Shown one piece after another: positions 1 through 8,747 of a stretch of 64,000 nt of DNA (position 1 is its first letter; each line of letters starts with the position of its first letter). Both the position numbers and the translations under genes were made by a program. The DNA lies in NCBI GenBank assembly GCA_903827955.1, contig CAIKKJ010000061.1:5788-69787 (forward strand). Reading direction: 5' to 3'. The notes under the pieces are model-generated. The model had not been told where the DNA came from. It worked only from the letters and a program-made list of their open reading frames with translations, and made no database searches. Origin of the DNA: an uncultured Verrucomicrobia subdivision 3 bacterium. Lineage in GTDB: Bacteria > Verrucomicrobiota > Verrucomicrobiia > Limisphaerales > UBA11358.

Positions 1-310
1 CCGTGGTGACGCGCAGCATGTCAAAGAGCGGGTCGAGCAGCTCGTTGAACACCGGCTCCACCGCCACGCCGAGGCCGAGGCTCGCGAGCGTGATGCCGAA
101 CTGCGTCACGCCGATGTAAGTATCAATGTGCGCGATGATGTGCCGCGCGGTTTTGGCGCGGCGGTTGCCTTTCGCTTCGAGCGACGCAAGCTGCGTGTCG
201 CGAATGCGGACGAGCGCGAGTTCCGCCGCCACGAAAAATCCGTTCAGCACCACCAGCAGCAGCACGGCGAAGATTTTCAACGAGATGGAAATGAGGGCGT
301 CCCAGTTCAT
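1..310 (-). CDS. CNNM/DUF21-family membrane protein (hemolysin/CorC-like), N-terminal part only; gene runs off the left edge
   Basis: Not in the ORF track because it is edge-truncated. The reverse complement of 310..1 reads ATG-MNWDALISISLKIFAVLLLVVLNGFFVAAELALVRIRDTQLASLEAKGNRRAKTARHIIAHID..., a typical DUF21 N-terminus. Its ATG (310..308) lies 1 nt after the stop of the upstream paralog. Confidence 0.6.
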   Translation of the reverse strand, partial: MNWDALISISLKIFAVLLLVVLNGFFVAAELALVRIRDTQLASLEAKGNRRAKTARHIIAHIDTYIGVTQFGITLASLGLGVAVEPVFNELLDPLFDMLRVTT

Positions 311-311
311 T

Positions 312-1304
312 TCAAAATTTCATTTCGCCGAACATCACGCGCAAAATGTCCTTGAGCTTCACTACACCGGTTTCCGCTTGCTCCGGCGACAGCACAATCG
401 CTGTGCGCTGGCCGGCACGCTGCATCTGCCGCAAGGCGACTTCCAGCTTCACATTTTCGCCGATGAACAGTGCCGGAGTCATGAAGGCGCTCGCCGGCTT
501 ATCCAGATCCAGATCCTCGCGATAGACCAGCGGGCGGATGTCCAGCAGCCCGGCGACACGGCGTTTGCCCTCGCGCGTTTCCCAGACCGGCAGGCGCGAG
601 ATGACGTGGTCGCGCGCCAGGGTGAAGGCCTCGCGCAACGGCGTCTGCAATTCCACCGCCGGCGTCTGCGCGAGCGGCTTGGCAATCTGGCTCACGGTGA
701 AATTTTGCAGATCCAAAACACGGTTGACCATCGCGTGCTCGTCGTCGGTCAAGGCCTGCCCCGACTCGCGCATCATCGCGCGCATTTCCTCGCGGTTACC
801 GAAGAGTCGGCCGGTGAACGCCTGCCCGCCCGTCCATTTCAAAATCGTCTGCGACACGTCCTCAACAATCACGACGAACGGGCTTAACAAAAAGTTGACG
901 ATGCGAAATGGCCGCGCCGACGTGAGGCAAAGTGAATTGGGATGGGCGCGAAACAGCATCTTCGGGAGCAGGTCAAAAAACGTGTAGAACAAAAAGACGA
1001 CGGCGGTAAAAATTAAAATGATCAACAGCGTCTGCCCCAAAAACCATTCGCGCAACTTCACCAGCAGCCAGCCGAGGATGACAAAGTTCACCAGCGTGTT
1101 GCCGACGAGAATCGTCCACAGGAATCTTTCCGGCTTTTCCAAAAAGCGGTTCAGGATTTTTGCCGAAGGCTTGCCCGCCCGCGCCAGTCGCCGCACCCGC
1201 AATTGATTCAGCGCAAACACGCCCGCCTCCATGCCCGAAAGCAAGAATGACGCACCGAGACACAGTGCCAGAGCAAACCAGTTGAGAAAACTCGTATCCA
1301 TCAT
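312..1304 (-). CDS. CNNM/DUF21 + CBS-pair membrane protein (hemolysin/CorC family; no CorC_HlyC C-terminal domain visible)
   Basis: 330-aa ORF. N-terminal TM region with GMEAGVFAL...L motif, then a CBS-pair-like region (VMTPALFIGENV..., AIVLSPEQAETGVVKLKDIL). ATGA start/stop overlap with the upstream gene. Confidence 0.85.
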   Translation of the reverse strand: MMDTSFLNWFALALCLGASFLLSGMEAGVFALNQLRVRRLARAGKPSAKILNRFLEKPERFLWTILVGNTLVNFVILGWLLVKLREWFLGQTLLIILIFTAVVFLFYTFFDLLPKMLFRAHPNSLCLTSARPFRIVNFLLSPFVVIVEDVSQTILKWTGGQAFTGRLFGNREEMRAMMRESGQALTDDEHAMVNRVLDLQNFTVSQIAKPLAQTPAVELQTPLREAFTLARDHVISRLPVWETREGKRRVAGLLDIRPLVYREDLDLDKPASAFMTPALFIGENVKLEVALRQMQRAGQRTAIVLSPEQAETGVVKLKDILRVMFGEMKF

Positions 1305-2536
1305 TTAACTTTTTGCACCAGCAGTTCATTCACGCGCCGTCCGTCCGTGCTGCGCGCCGTGAGTTTCAGGCCGGAAAAATTCGCAGACTCGTCCGCATCC
1401 GGCACCACGCCGAGCAGATGCGAGAGCAGCCCGCCCATCGTCTCCACTTCCGGGATTTCCGGCAACGCGGGAAACTCGCGGCGAAAATCATCCAGCCGCA
1501 TCGTGCCGTTCACGCGCCACTGGTCGGCGGAAATTTTTTCCATCACGAAACCTTCCGGCTGCGCGTGCGTGCGAATTTTGCCGACGAGTTCCGCGAGAAT
1601 GTCTTCCATCGTCACGACGCCCGCCGTGCCGCCGAATTCATCGAGCACAATCGCCAGACCGCGCTGCTGTTTTTGCAGGGCGCGGAACAGCAGCAGCAGG
1701 TTCATCGTCTCCGGCACGAACGATGGAAATTCAATCGCGTCCGCCAGATCAATTTGCGGATTCAGCAGCAAGGCGCGCGTGTTCAAGATGCCCACGATGG
1801 TGTCCGGCGTCTCGTCGTAAATCGGCAGGCGGCGATGCTGGAACTTTTTGGCGGCGGCAATCATTTCGTCCACCGTCGCATCATCGGAAATCGCCGCCAT
1901 GCCGGCCCGCGGACGCATCACATCGCGCGCCATGCGCTGGTCGAGACTGATGATCTGCAAAATAATTTCCTTCTCCGATTCCGCGAGCGTGCCCTGCTGC
2001 TGGGCCATTTCCAAAAGCTCATGATACTCGGCATCCGTGAGCGGCATCGCCCCGGACGATTGTTTGGCGGCAATTTTCAGGACGGCGGCATTTAGCCATT
2101 GCGCGACGCTGTAAAACGGCTTGGAAATTTTTTCAAAAACGAACAGGAGCCACACCACGCGCAACGCCCAGCGTTCCGGCCGGCGCACCGCCAGAGTTTT
2201 CGGAAACACCTCGCAGCCCAGCAGCACCAGCACCGCGAGCGCGATGGCGATGAGCGACAGCGCCCAGTGCGTGTCGAACGACAGCCGCAGCGCCACCGCG
2301 AGCATCGCGGCGTTGGCGAAGGTGTTGCCGAGGACGAGCGTGGCCAGCAAATCCTCCGGCCGCGCCAGCAGCGATGCCACGATTTTGCCGCGATGAGGAT
2401 GCTTCTCGGCGAGTTGAGCGACCTGCCATTTGGTGAGCGAAAATAACGCCGTCTCCGCCAGCGCGAAGAAGAAGCTCGCGCCCGCGAAAATCAAGATGGC
2501 CATCAACGCTTGCTCCACGCGCAAAGTGTGCCGCAA
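1301..2536 (-). CDS. Hemolysin-family protein: DUF21 + CBS pair + CorC/HlyC transporter-associated domain
   Basis: 411-aa ORF. DUF21 N-terminus (ALAETALFSLTKWQ), CBS region (VMRPRAGMAAISDDATVDEM..., LAIVLDEFGGTAGVVTMEDILAELVG) and a CorC_HlyC-like C-terminus (WRVNGTMRLDDF...). Confidence 0.9.
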   Translation of the reverse strand: MRHTLRVEQALMAILIFAGASFFFALAETALFSLTKWQVAQLAEKHPHRGKIVASLLARPEDLLATLVLGNTFANAAMLAVALRLSFDTHWALSLIAIALAVLVLLGCEVFPKTLAVRRPERWALRVVWLLFVFEKISKPFYSVAQWLNAAVLKIAAKQSSGAMPLTDAEYHELLEMAQQQGTLAESEKEIILQIISLDQRMARDVMRPRAGMAAISDDATVDEMIAAAKKFQHRRLPIYDETPDTIVGILNTRALLLNPQIDLADAIEFPSFVPETMNLLLLFRALQKQQRGLAIVLDEFGGTAGVVTMEDILAELVGKIRTHAQPEGFVMEKISADQWRVNGTMRLDDFRREFPALPEIPEVETMGGLLSHLLGVVPDADESANFSGLKLTARSTDGRRVNELLVQKVK

Positions 2537-2582
2537 ACCGAGCGGTTAAAAAAGCGAAATGACAAAGCCAGAACAACCGTTT

Positions 2583-2960
2583 TCAGCCCTCCAAAATCGC
2601 CGTGGCCACTGCGTAATTTTCGGTGTGGCTCAAGCTGACGTGCAGTCGTTTTGCCCCGCGGACTGCAAACAATTGCTGGCCCTTGCCATGCAGCACGACG
2701 AAGGGTGCGCCAGATTCCTGACGGCGAATTTCCATGTCCAGCCAGCCCAGTTCCGCGCCGATGCCCGTGCCGAACGCCTTGGAAATCGCCTCCTTCGCCG
2801 CAAAACGCACGGCCAGAAATGGCGCGGGCTGGCGGTGCTGCAAGCAATATTCGATTTCCTCCGGCAATAAAATCCGGCGCAAAAATGCGTCGCCGTTTTT
2901 TTCAAATGAAGCTGTGATACGCGCTACTTCCACGATGTCAATGCCGGTGCCGAGAATCAT
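2583..2960 (-). CDS. acpS: Holo-[acyl-carrier-protein] synthase
   Basis: 125-aa ORF MILGTGIDIVEVARI...AAKEAISKAFGTG...SLSHTENYAVATAILEG, the classic AcpS pattern. 4-nt overlap with pdxJ upstream, matching the conserved pdxJ-acpS pairing. Confidence 0.9.
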   Translation of the reverse strand: MILGTGIDIVEVARITASFEKNGDAFLRRILLPEEIEYCLQHRQPAPFLAVRFAAKEAISKAFGTGIGAELGWLDMEIRRQESGAPFVVLHGKGQQLFAVRGAKRLHVSLSHTENYAVATAILEG

Positions 2961-3709
2961 GTGCGATAGTTTTTCATCACCGCGAGCATTTCCTTCACGG
3001 CGTTTTCCATGCCGGTGAAAACCGCGCGGCTCACCAGGCTGTGGCCGATGTTCAATTCCACCAGATGCGGCACGGCAAACAGCGCGGGCAGGTTTTCGAG
3101 ATTCAAGCCATGCCCTGCATTCACCTGCAAACCCAGCGCGTGCGCCTGTTTTGCACCGGCAATGAGGCGCAACAATTCTGTTTCCGCCTTCCGTCTTTTA
3201 TCGTCCGCAGCTTGAAAATCCTCCGCAAATTTTCCCGTGTGCAATTCAATGAACTGCGCCCCGACCCGTGCACTCGCTTCAATCTGCGCTGCGTCCGGCG
3301 CGATGAACAGGCTGACTTCGATACCCGCGGCGTTCATTTTTTTGCGCGTCTCGGTCAAAGATTTTTCCGCGCCCAGCACGTCGAGTCCGCCCTCGGTCGT
3401 CACTTCCAACCGCCGTTCCGGCACGATGCACACGATTTCCGGATTCAGCTTCAGCGCGATGGCGATGATCTCCGGTGCGTTCGCCATTTCCAGATTCAAA
3501 CGCGTTGCAATTTTTTCCCGCAACGCCCACACGTCGCGATCCTGAATGTGCCGGCGGTCTTCGCGCAAATGCGCCGTGATGCCGTGCGCGCCCGCCGCCT
3601 CCGCCATGAGGGCGGCCAACACCGGACACGGTTCGCCGTGACCCAGGCCGCGATAACGCGCCTCGCGAACCGTGGCGACGTGGTCAATGTTGACGCCAAG
3701 CTTGAGCAT
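2957..3709 (-). CDS. pdxJ: Pyridoxine 5'-phosphate synthase
   Basis: 250-aa ORF MLKLGVNIDHVATVREAR...HLREDRRHIQDRDV...IELHTG...VNAGHGLN...ELNIGHSLV; PdxJ motifs throughout. Confidence 0.95.
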   Translation of the reverse strand: MLKLGVNIDHVATVREARYRGLGHGEPCPVLAALMAEAAGAHGITAHLREDRRHIQDRDVWALREKIATRLNLEMANAPEIIAIALKLNPEIVCIVPERRLEVTTEGGLDVLGAEKSLTETRKKMNAAGIEVSLFIAPDAAQIEASARVGAQFIELHTGKFAEDFQAADDKRRKAETELLRLIAGAKQAHALGLQVNAGHGLNLENLPALFAVPHLVELNIGHSLVSRAVFTGMENAVKEMLAVMKNYRT

Positions 3710-3712
3710 GAA

Positions 3713-5206
3713 TCAATGGGGCAATCCCGGCAGCGCGGACGCATTGTTTTTGCGAAGTTTTTTCAACCGCGCGGACGGCGGCGGCAGTTGCAGGCTGCAA
3801 CCGGGAAAATCCGGCGCATCCAGCCAGTTCGCCAGGGCGAGCAATTCAAACGCCGTCAACCCACCCGGCGCCCGGCGCGTGAAGGTGAATTGATCCGGTG
3901 CGGTCTGCGTGATTTCCGTGACGGTGTTGCCAAGCGAAGGCGCGATTTTGGACACCCACTTGAATGGCACGGCCTCGCCATCGAGTTGCTTATGCCGCGT
4001 GAGCATCAACGCTAGCTGGCTCAACTGCAATTGCGACATGATGCGTTCCGCCGTGATTTCCCAATGGTAAAAAACCAATCCCGGCGTGGCGAGCCGCGCG
4101 AACAGTTCCGGCGGCAGCGGCTTGCTGCGCGGCGTGTTCGGAAAACCGCCCGCCAGCAAAAATTCCCCGCTTGGCTCCTTCAATGTCTGAACATACGGTG
4201 CCATCATCGGCGCACCGATCAACGTCAAACGGCTATTCGTTGCCTCCAGCGTGAACGGCGACACAAACCCATCATGCGCGTTCCGCTCCGCGATCACCGG
4301 CTGCAAAGTGGCATCCAAGTGCGCCAGTGCTGCATTCGCATCCGCCACCGGCACCGCGTAAAACGCCTGGAACGGCGCCCCGCCCATCGCCCAGATGAAC
4401 GCCTGGTTTTGCACCGGCGCCAACAGATACGGCTGCGCCCACGACTGCGATTTCAGCCAGCCAGCCATGCCGCGCACCGCTGTAAAACTGACGAACGGCT
4501 GATGCACCGTATTCGTCGGCATTTTCCATGCGTCCAGTTTCAGCGCGAGATTTTCCGGGAAGAAACATTTTCCGTTGATGAGCAAATTCGTCGCGTCAGC
4601 GGAAATTTTCAAAGCCGTCTCCGGCAAATCCAGCGACTTCACAAATGGACTCCATTGGCCGACGCGCTGCCAGTTCACATCCACATCCGCCCAACCGGCT
4701 GGCGGTGCGGAAATTTTTTGCGCGAGGTTTGCACCGCATTTCGCCGCCCCCGTGCCGGCATCAAAAATCAGCCAGCCGCCGGACAACTGAAAAGTCGCCG
4801 CCGGAAAAAACGGTTTCAAGTTCGCCTGCCAAACTTGCGCGCGGGCTGAATCCAGTTTGATGGCGATGGCTGTGTCCGCCTTCCCGTCTGCCGCCGCGCG
4901 CGCTTCGAGAAACCATTCCGCGCTTTGCAAATCGTCCAGCAGCGGGTGCAGTTTTGCCGCCCCATCCGGCACGGCAGCGGCGAGATTTTTCGCCAGCCAC
5001 AGCGCGAGTTTGTCCGCGACTTGCCGACGCAACGCCAGCGCCTCGGCGGAGGAAAACTCATTGGCGAACGCCGGATAATTTTTGTCAGCGGCCACCTTGG
5101 CACCGCCGGCAAAATGGATTTGTGCAATCAAGTCCGGCTGCGGTAGCGCCGCACGCCCGGCCAGCGCCGCGAGCGCGACGGTCAAAACGATTAAAAACTT
5201 TTTCAT
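3713..5206 (-). CDS. Hypothetical exported protein (signal peptide; no family recognised)
   Basis: Long ORF with coding-like composition. Start chosen at ATG 5206 (MKKFLIVLTVALAALAGRAALP, a signal-peptide-like N-terminus). The ORF-track start at 5260 is probably an upstream extension. Confidence 0.7.
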   Translation of the reverse strand: MKKFLIVLTVALAALAGRAALPQPDLIAQIHFAGGAKVAADKNYPAFANEFSSAEALALRRQVADKLALWLAKNLAAAVPDGAAKLHPLLDDLQSAEWFLEARAAADGKADTAIAIKLDSARAQVWQANLKPFFPAATFQLSGGWLIFDAGTGAAKCGANLAQKISAPPAGWADVDVNWQRVGQWSPFVKSLDLPETALKISADATNLLINGKCFFPENLALKLDAWKMPTNTVHQPFVSFTAVRGMAGWLKSQSWAQPYLLAPVQNQAFIWAMGGAPFQAFYAVPVADANAALAHLDATLQPVIAERNAHDGFVSPFTLEATNSRLTLIGAPMMAPYVQTLKEPSGEFLLAGGFPNTPRSKPLPPELFARLATPGLVFYHWEITAERIMSQLQLSQLALMLTRHKQLDGEAVPFKWVSKIAPSLGNTVTEITQTAPDQFTFTRRAPGGLTAFELLALANWLDAPDFPGCSLQLPPPSARLKKLRKNNASALPGLPH

Positions 5207-5409
5207 CGGGTGCATTTCTATGCCACGAGCGCGGCGGCTTGGCAATCGCGGAAATTCCACGGTAGGGTTCGTCGCGCTGCGACAACCCCGTCGCCGAGCG
5301 GAGCGTCAGGCGACGGAACCTTTCGCGTGCCGGAAGCGGGTCACACTCAAAGCAACCGTGTTCGCGGAAATTTGGTTGCAGCGCGGGGAAAATCGGGTTT
5401 TCATCCGGC

Positions 5410-5868
5410 GTGTCCAAGTTCCGGAAGTTTCTCATCTACTGGCTGCCCCTGCTCTTTTGGATGGCGGTGATTTTCACCGCGTCCAGCGACGCCGAATCGT
5501 CGCACCATTCCTCGATTTATTTTGAACCGCTCATGCGCTGGCTGTTTCCACAAATGTCCCAGACGCGGATCGAGGAACTGCATTACGATTTTCGAAAAGG
5601 CTGCCACATGACGGAATTTGCCATCCTTGCGGTGTTGGCATGGCGCGCCATCCGCCAACCGCAGCGCCACGACCAGCGAAAGTGGCGCTGGGACGAAGCC
5701 GGCGTCGCGCTCGCCGTAGTTTTTCTTTACGCCAGCAGCGACGAGTTGCATCAGGTTTTCATTCCTTCGCGCACCGGCCAAATTTCCGATGTGGTCGTGG
5801 ATGTCATCGGCGGAACCATCGGCCTGGCGCTGCTCTGGTTGGCCGGGAAAAAATTCAAACGCTGGTAA
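5410..5868 (+). CDS. VanZ-family membrane protein
   Basis: 152-aa ORF with four hydrophobic helices and VanZ-like motifs (FRKGCHMTEFAILAVL..., SDELHQVFIPSRTGQISDVVVDVIGGTIG). Confidence 0.8.
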   Translation: MSKFRKFLIYWLPLLFWMAVIFTASSDAESSHHSSIYFEPLMRWLFPQMSQTRIEELHYDFRKGCHMTEFAILAVLAWRAIRQPQRHDQRKWRWDEAGVALAVVFLYASSDELHQVFIPSRTGQISDVVVDVIGGTIGLALLWLAGKKFKRW

Positions 5869-5869
5869 A

Positions 5870-8284
5870 ATGAACCGTCCTTTTGTCAGCGTCGTTTTTG
5901 CTTACGCCGCCGGCCTGCTGCTCGCGCAGTTGGTGCATCCGCCGCTGAAGGCTTTGTTCGCCGCCGCTTTTTTCGTCCTCGTTCTCGTTCTCGTCCTCGA
6001 AAAAATTCGCCACATCCTAATTTGGCCGCTGCTCCTGCTCGTGGGCTGGACAAATTTTGCCGCCCGCACTGCCGTCGTTTCGCCCAACGACCTACGGCCT
6101 TTGCTGGGCAACCAAACCGCGCCCGTCACCGTGCGCGGCGAACTCGCCGAAACGCCGCGCCTCAAAATCGTCGAGCGCGACGGCGAGGAAACCTGGCGCA
6201 ATGCCGCCCGCGTCCGCGTTTCCGAAATCCGCCGCGCTGAAATTTTTCTTCCGGCTGCCGGTGAAATTTTGGTGACGACACCCGGAATTCTTGCCAGCAA
6301 TTTTTTCGCTGGCCAACGCGTGGAGATAGCCGGCGTCATCGCGCGTCCGCCGCCGCCGCTGGCGGATGGACTGTTCGACTTTCAAAATTATCTGGCAACG
6401 CGCGGCATCTATTTTCAACTCAAGGCTGAGTCCACAAACGACTGGAAAATTTTACCACCGCAAATTCCAAATCCGCCGCTCACCGACCATTTTCTGAACT
6501 GGTCAAAAGAAACGCTCGCACTCGGATTACCCAATGAAGACGAGCCGTTGCGCCTACTCTGGGCAATGACTCTCGGCTGGCGCACCGCCTTCACTGGCGA
6601 CATCGGCGAACCATTTCTGCGCGCCGGCACGATGCACATGTTCGCGATTGACGGGCTTCGGATAGCATTGCTGTCCGGCATCATCGTCACATTGCTCCGC
6701 GTGCTGCGCGTCTCGCGCGCGTGGTGCGGTGCGGTGGCGATTCCGCTGATTTGGTTTTACACCGCCGCGACCGGCTGGGAACCGTCCGCCATCCGCGCGT
6801 CCGTGATGATGACCGTCGTCCTCGGCGGCTGGGCACTGAAACGTCCGAGCGACTTGCTGAACTCGCTCGCGGCGGCGGCCTTCATCATTTTGGTCTGGAA
6901 CCCCAACCAACTTTTCGAGGCGAGCTTTCAACTTTCCTTTTTCGTCATGCTCATCATCGCGCTCATGCTGCCGCCGCTAAATGAATTTTTTGACCGCATT
7001 CTGAAACACGATCCGCTGCTGCCGGACGAACTCATTTCCGGCTGGAAAAAAGTTTCGCTCTGGCTCGCGCGAAAATTTGCGCGCTACTGTGGTTTGTCTT
7101 TTGCCGCGTGGATGGGCTCGATTCCGCTCGCGGCGAAATATTTTCATTTATTCAGCCCGGTCTCAACGCTCGCCAATTTGTTCGCCGTGCCACTCGGCAC
7201 GTTTGCGCTGATAGCCAATCTCGGCGCGCTCATTTGCGGCCATTGGCTGCCGTGGTTCACGGAATTGTTTAACCACGCCGCGTGGTTTTTCATGGCTGCG
7301 ATGACGTGGGTAAGCGTGGAATCCGCCAAGATTCCAGGCGCGTATTTTTACGTTCCCGAACCGTCGCTGGTCACGATTGGAATTTATTATGCGGTGTTGA
7401 TCGCGATTTTCAGCGGCTGGTTTTCGACGCGGCGGAGAATCATTTCCGGCGCGCTGATTTTAATTTGCATCGGCGCAATTTATTTCTGGCAATGGCAGTC
7501 AGCACGCGATGAAACCGATTTGACCGTGCTGCCATTGAGCGGCGGACACGCGATTTACGTTGATGCCGACGGCACGCGCAACGACTGGCTCATCAACTGC
7601 GGCAATGAAAACGCGGTGCAGTTCACGCTGAAAGATTTTCTCCGCGCCCAAGGCGTGAACCATCTTCCCCGGCTCGCGCTGACCGAGGGCGCGACGCGCA
7701 GTTGCGGCGGCGCGACCAATCTGGATGCGCTGTTCGGCATCGGCGAACTCTGGACGAGCGGGGCGAAATTTCGTTCGCCGGCGTATCGCGAAGCGGTGGC
7801 CGAGTTTGAAAAAACGTCGCGGCATCACGTTTTGAATTTTGGCGAGCACGCCGGCTGTTGGCAGGTTTTGTTTCCGTTCACCAACGCGCCGGCCCACGCC
7901 GACGATGCGCCGCTCGTGTTGCGCGGCGATTTTCACGGCACAAAAATTTTGCTGCTGTCCGACTTGAGCCGCGATGCCCAAAGCACGTTGCTCGGCGGCA
8001 CGAATGATTTGCACGCGGACATCGTCATCGCCGGATTGCCGGAAAGCACGGAACCCTTGTGCGACGCGCTGATTGAGGCGATTTCGCCGCGCGTCATCGT
8101 GATTGCGGATTCTGAATATCCGGCCACGCGCCGCGCTGGACGCAGCTTGAAGGAACGGCTGGAGCAGAAAAAGATTCCCGTGATTTACACCCGCAATTCC
8201 GGCGCGGTAAAAATTGTAACGAACAAGTCCGGCTGGAAATTGTCAGCGATGGATGGAACGAGAATTAACAATAGACAGGATTAA
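5870..8284 (+). CDS. comEC: ComEC/Rec2-family DNA internalisation protein (DUF4131 + competence membrane domain + metallo-beta-lactamase-like C-terminus)
   Basis: Start taken at ATG 5870 (MNRPFVSVVFAYAAGLLL), 2 nt after the VanZ stop. Central polytopic region (GTMHMFAIDGLRIALL...) and C-terminal LPLSGGHAIYVDADG... are typical of ComEC. Confidence 0.9.
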   Translation: MNRPFVSVVFAYAAGLLLAQLVHPPLKALFAAAFFVLVLVLVLEKIRHILIWPLLLLVGWTNFAARTAVVSPNDLRPLLGNQTAPVTVRGELAETPRLKIVERDGEETWRNAARVRVSEIRRAEIFLPAAGEILVTTPGILASNFFAGQRVEIAGVIARPPPPLADGLFDFQNYLATRGIYFQLKAESTNDWKILPPQIPNPPLTDHFLNWSKETLALGLPNEDEPLRLLWAMTLGWRTAFTGDIGEPFLRAGTMHMFAIDGLRIALLSGIIVTLLRVLRVSRAWCGAVAIPLIWFYTAATGWEPSAIRASVMMTVVLGGWALKRPSDLLNSLAAAAFIILVWNPNQLFEASFQLSFFVMLIIALMLPPLNEFFDRILKHDPLLPDELISGWKKVSLWLARKFARYCGLSFAAWMGSIPLAAKYFHLFSPVSTLANLFAVPLGTFALIANLGALICGHWLPWFTELFNHAAWFFMAAMTWVSVESAKIPGAYFYVPEPSLVTIGIYYAVLIAIFSGWFSTRRRIISGALILICIGAIYFWQWQSARDETDLTVLPLSGGHAIYVDADGTRNDWLINCGNENAVQFTLKDFLRAQGVNHLPRLALTEGATRSCGGATNLDALFGIGELWTSGAKFRSPAYREAVAEFEKTSRHHVLNFGEHAGCWQVLFPFTNAPAHADDAPLVLRGDFHGTKILLLSDLSRDAQSTLLGGTNDLHADIVIAGLPESTEPLCDALIEAISPRVIVIADSEYPATRRAGRSLKERLEQKKIPVIYTRNSGAVKIVTNKSGWKLSAMDGTRINNRQD

Positions 8285-8334
8285 CAGGATGGACAGGATT
8301 GAGGGGAATCCTGTTTCATCCTGTTAATCCTGTC
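8274..8334. terminator. Long perfect hairpin between convergent comEC and folB (putative bidirectional terminator)
   Basis: GACAGGATTAACAGGATG (8274..8291) is the exact reverse complement of CATCCTGTTAATCCTGTC (8317..8334). An inner ACAGGATT/AATCCTGT pairing extends the stem. The arms include the comEC stop (8282..8284) and touch the folB stop (8334..8336). Confidence 0.6.
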
Positions 8335-8747
8335 TAAATTTTCTGTCGTGTCAAAGCTACGGAAACATACCGCGCCTGCGGGATGATAAATTTCTTCACC
8401 TCCACGGAAACGGACTGCGGCTTGAATTCCGCCAGGACCGTGTCCGCGATGTCGGCGGCGAGTTTTTCAATCAGCTTCCACTCGCGGCCTTCGTCAAATT
8501 TCTGCAGGCGCTGCGTGACGGCGTAATAATCAATCGTGTCCGCAATGCCATCAGATTTCGCGGCGGCGGTGAAATCAGATTCCAGCACGACGGTGAGCAA
8601 CAACCGCTGCGGCTGCGAGCGTTCCGCGTCCGGCACGCCGACGCGGTAAAACACTTCGAGATCAACGATGGAGATGTTGCCTGTGTTCAATTGGAATCTT
8701 TCGCAGATGGTTAAAAAATTTTGCCCGATGAATTTCACTGCGGACAC
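8334..8747 (-). CDS. folB: Dihydroneopterin aldolase
   Basis: ORF contains ISIVDLEVFYRVGVPDAERSQPQRLLLTVVLESDF...DTIDYYAVTQRL..., a FolB/DHNA pattern. The GTG start at 8747 overlaps the HNH gene. An alternative TTG start at 8690 would give a more typical ~118-aa protein. Confidence 0.8.
   Translation of the reverse strand: MSAVKFIGQNFLTICERFQLNTGNISIVDLEVFYRVGVPDAERSQPQRLLLTVVLESDFTAAAKSDGIADTIDYYAVTQRLQKFDEGREWKLIEKLAADIADTVLAEFKPQSVSVEVKKFIIPQARYVSVALTRQKI

Noticed and set aside
5271-5316. Two small hairpins (GTCGC-GCT-GCGAC; CCGTCGCC-N13-GGCGACGG) in the divergent promoter region upstream of the VanZ gene
   Set aside because: The stems are short (5 and 8 bp) in GC-rich DNA, with no flanking U-tract and no second copy seen in the window. 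They are indistinguishable from chance structure.
5789-5869. N-terminal extensions in the ORF track. Examples: ComEC from 5789, porin from 12515, ArsR from 19689, helicase from 21542, SMC to 35505, Adk from 52399, GH35 from 57485, CheR to 60815
   Set aside because: These extensions overlap upstream genes or regulatory sites and precede obvious native N-termini such as signal peptides or P-loops. Internal ATG starts were preferred.
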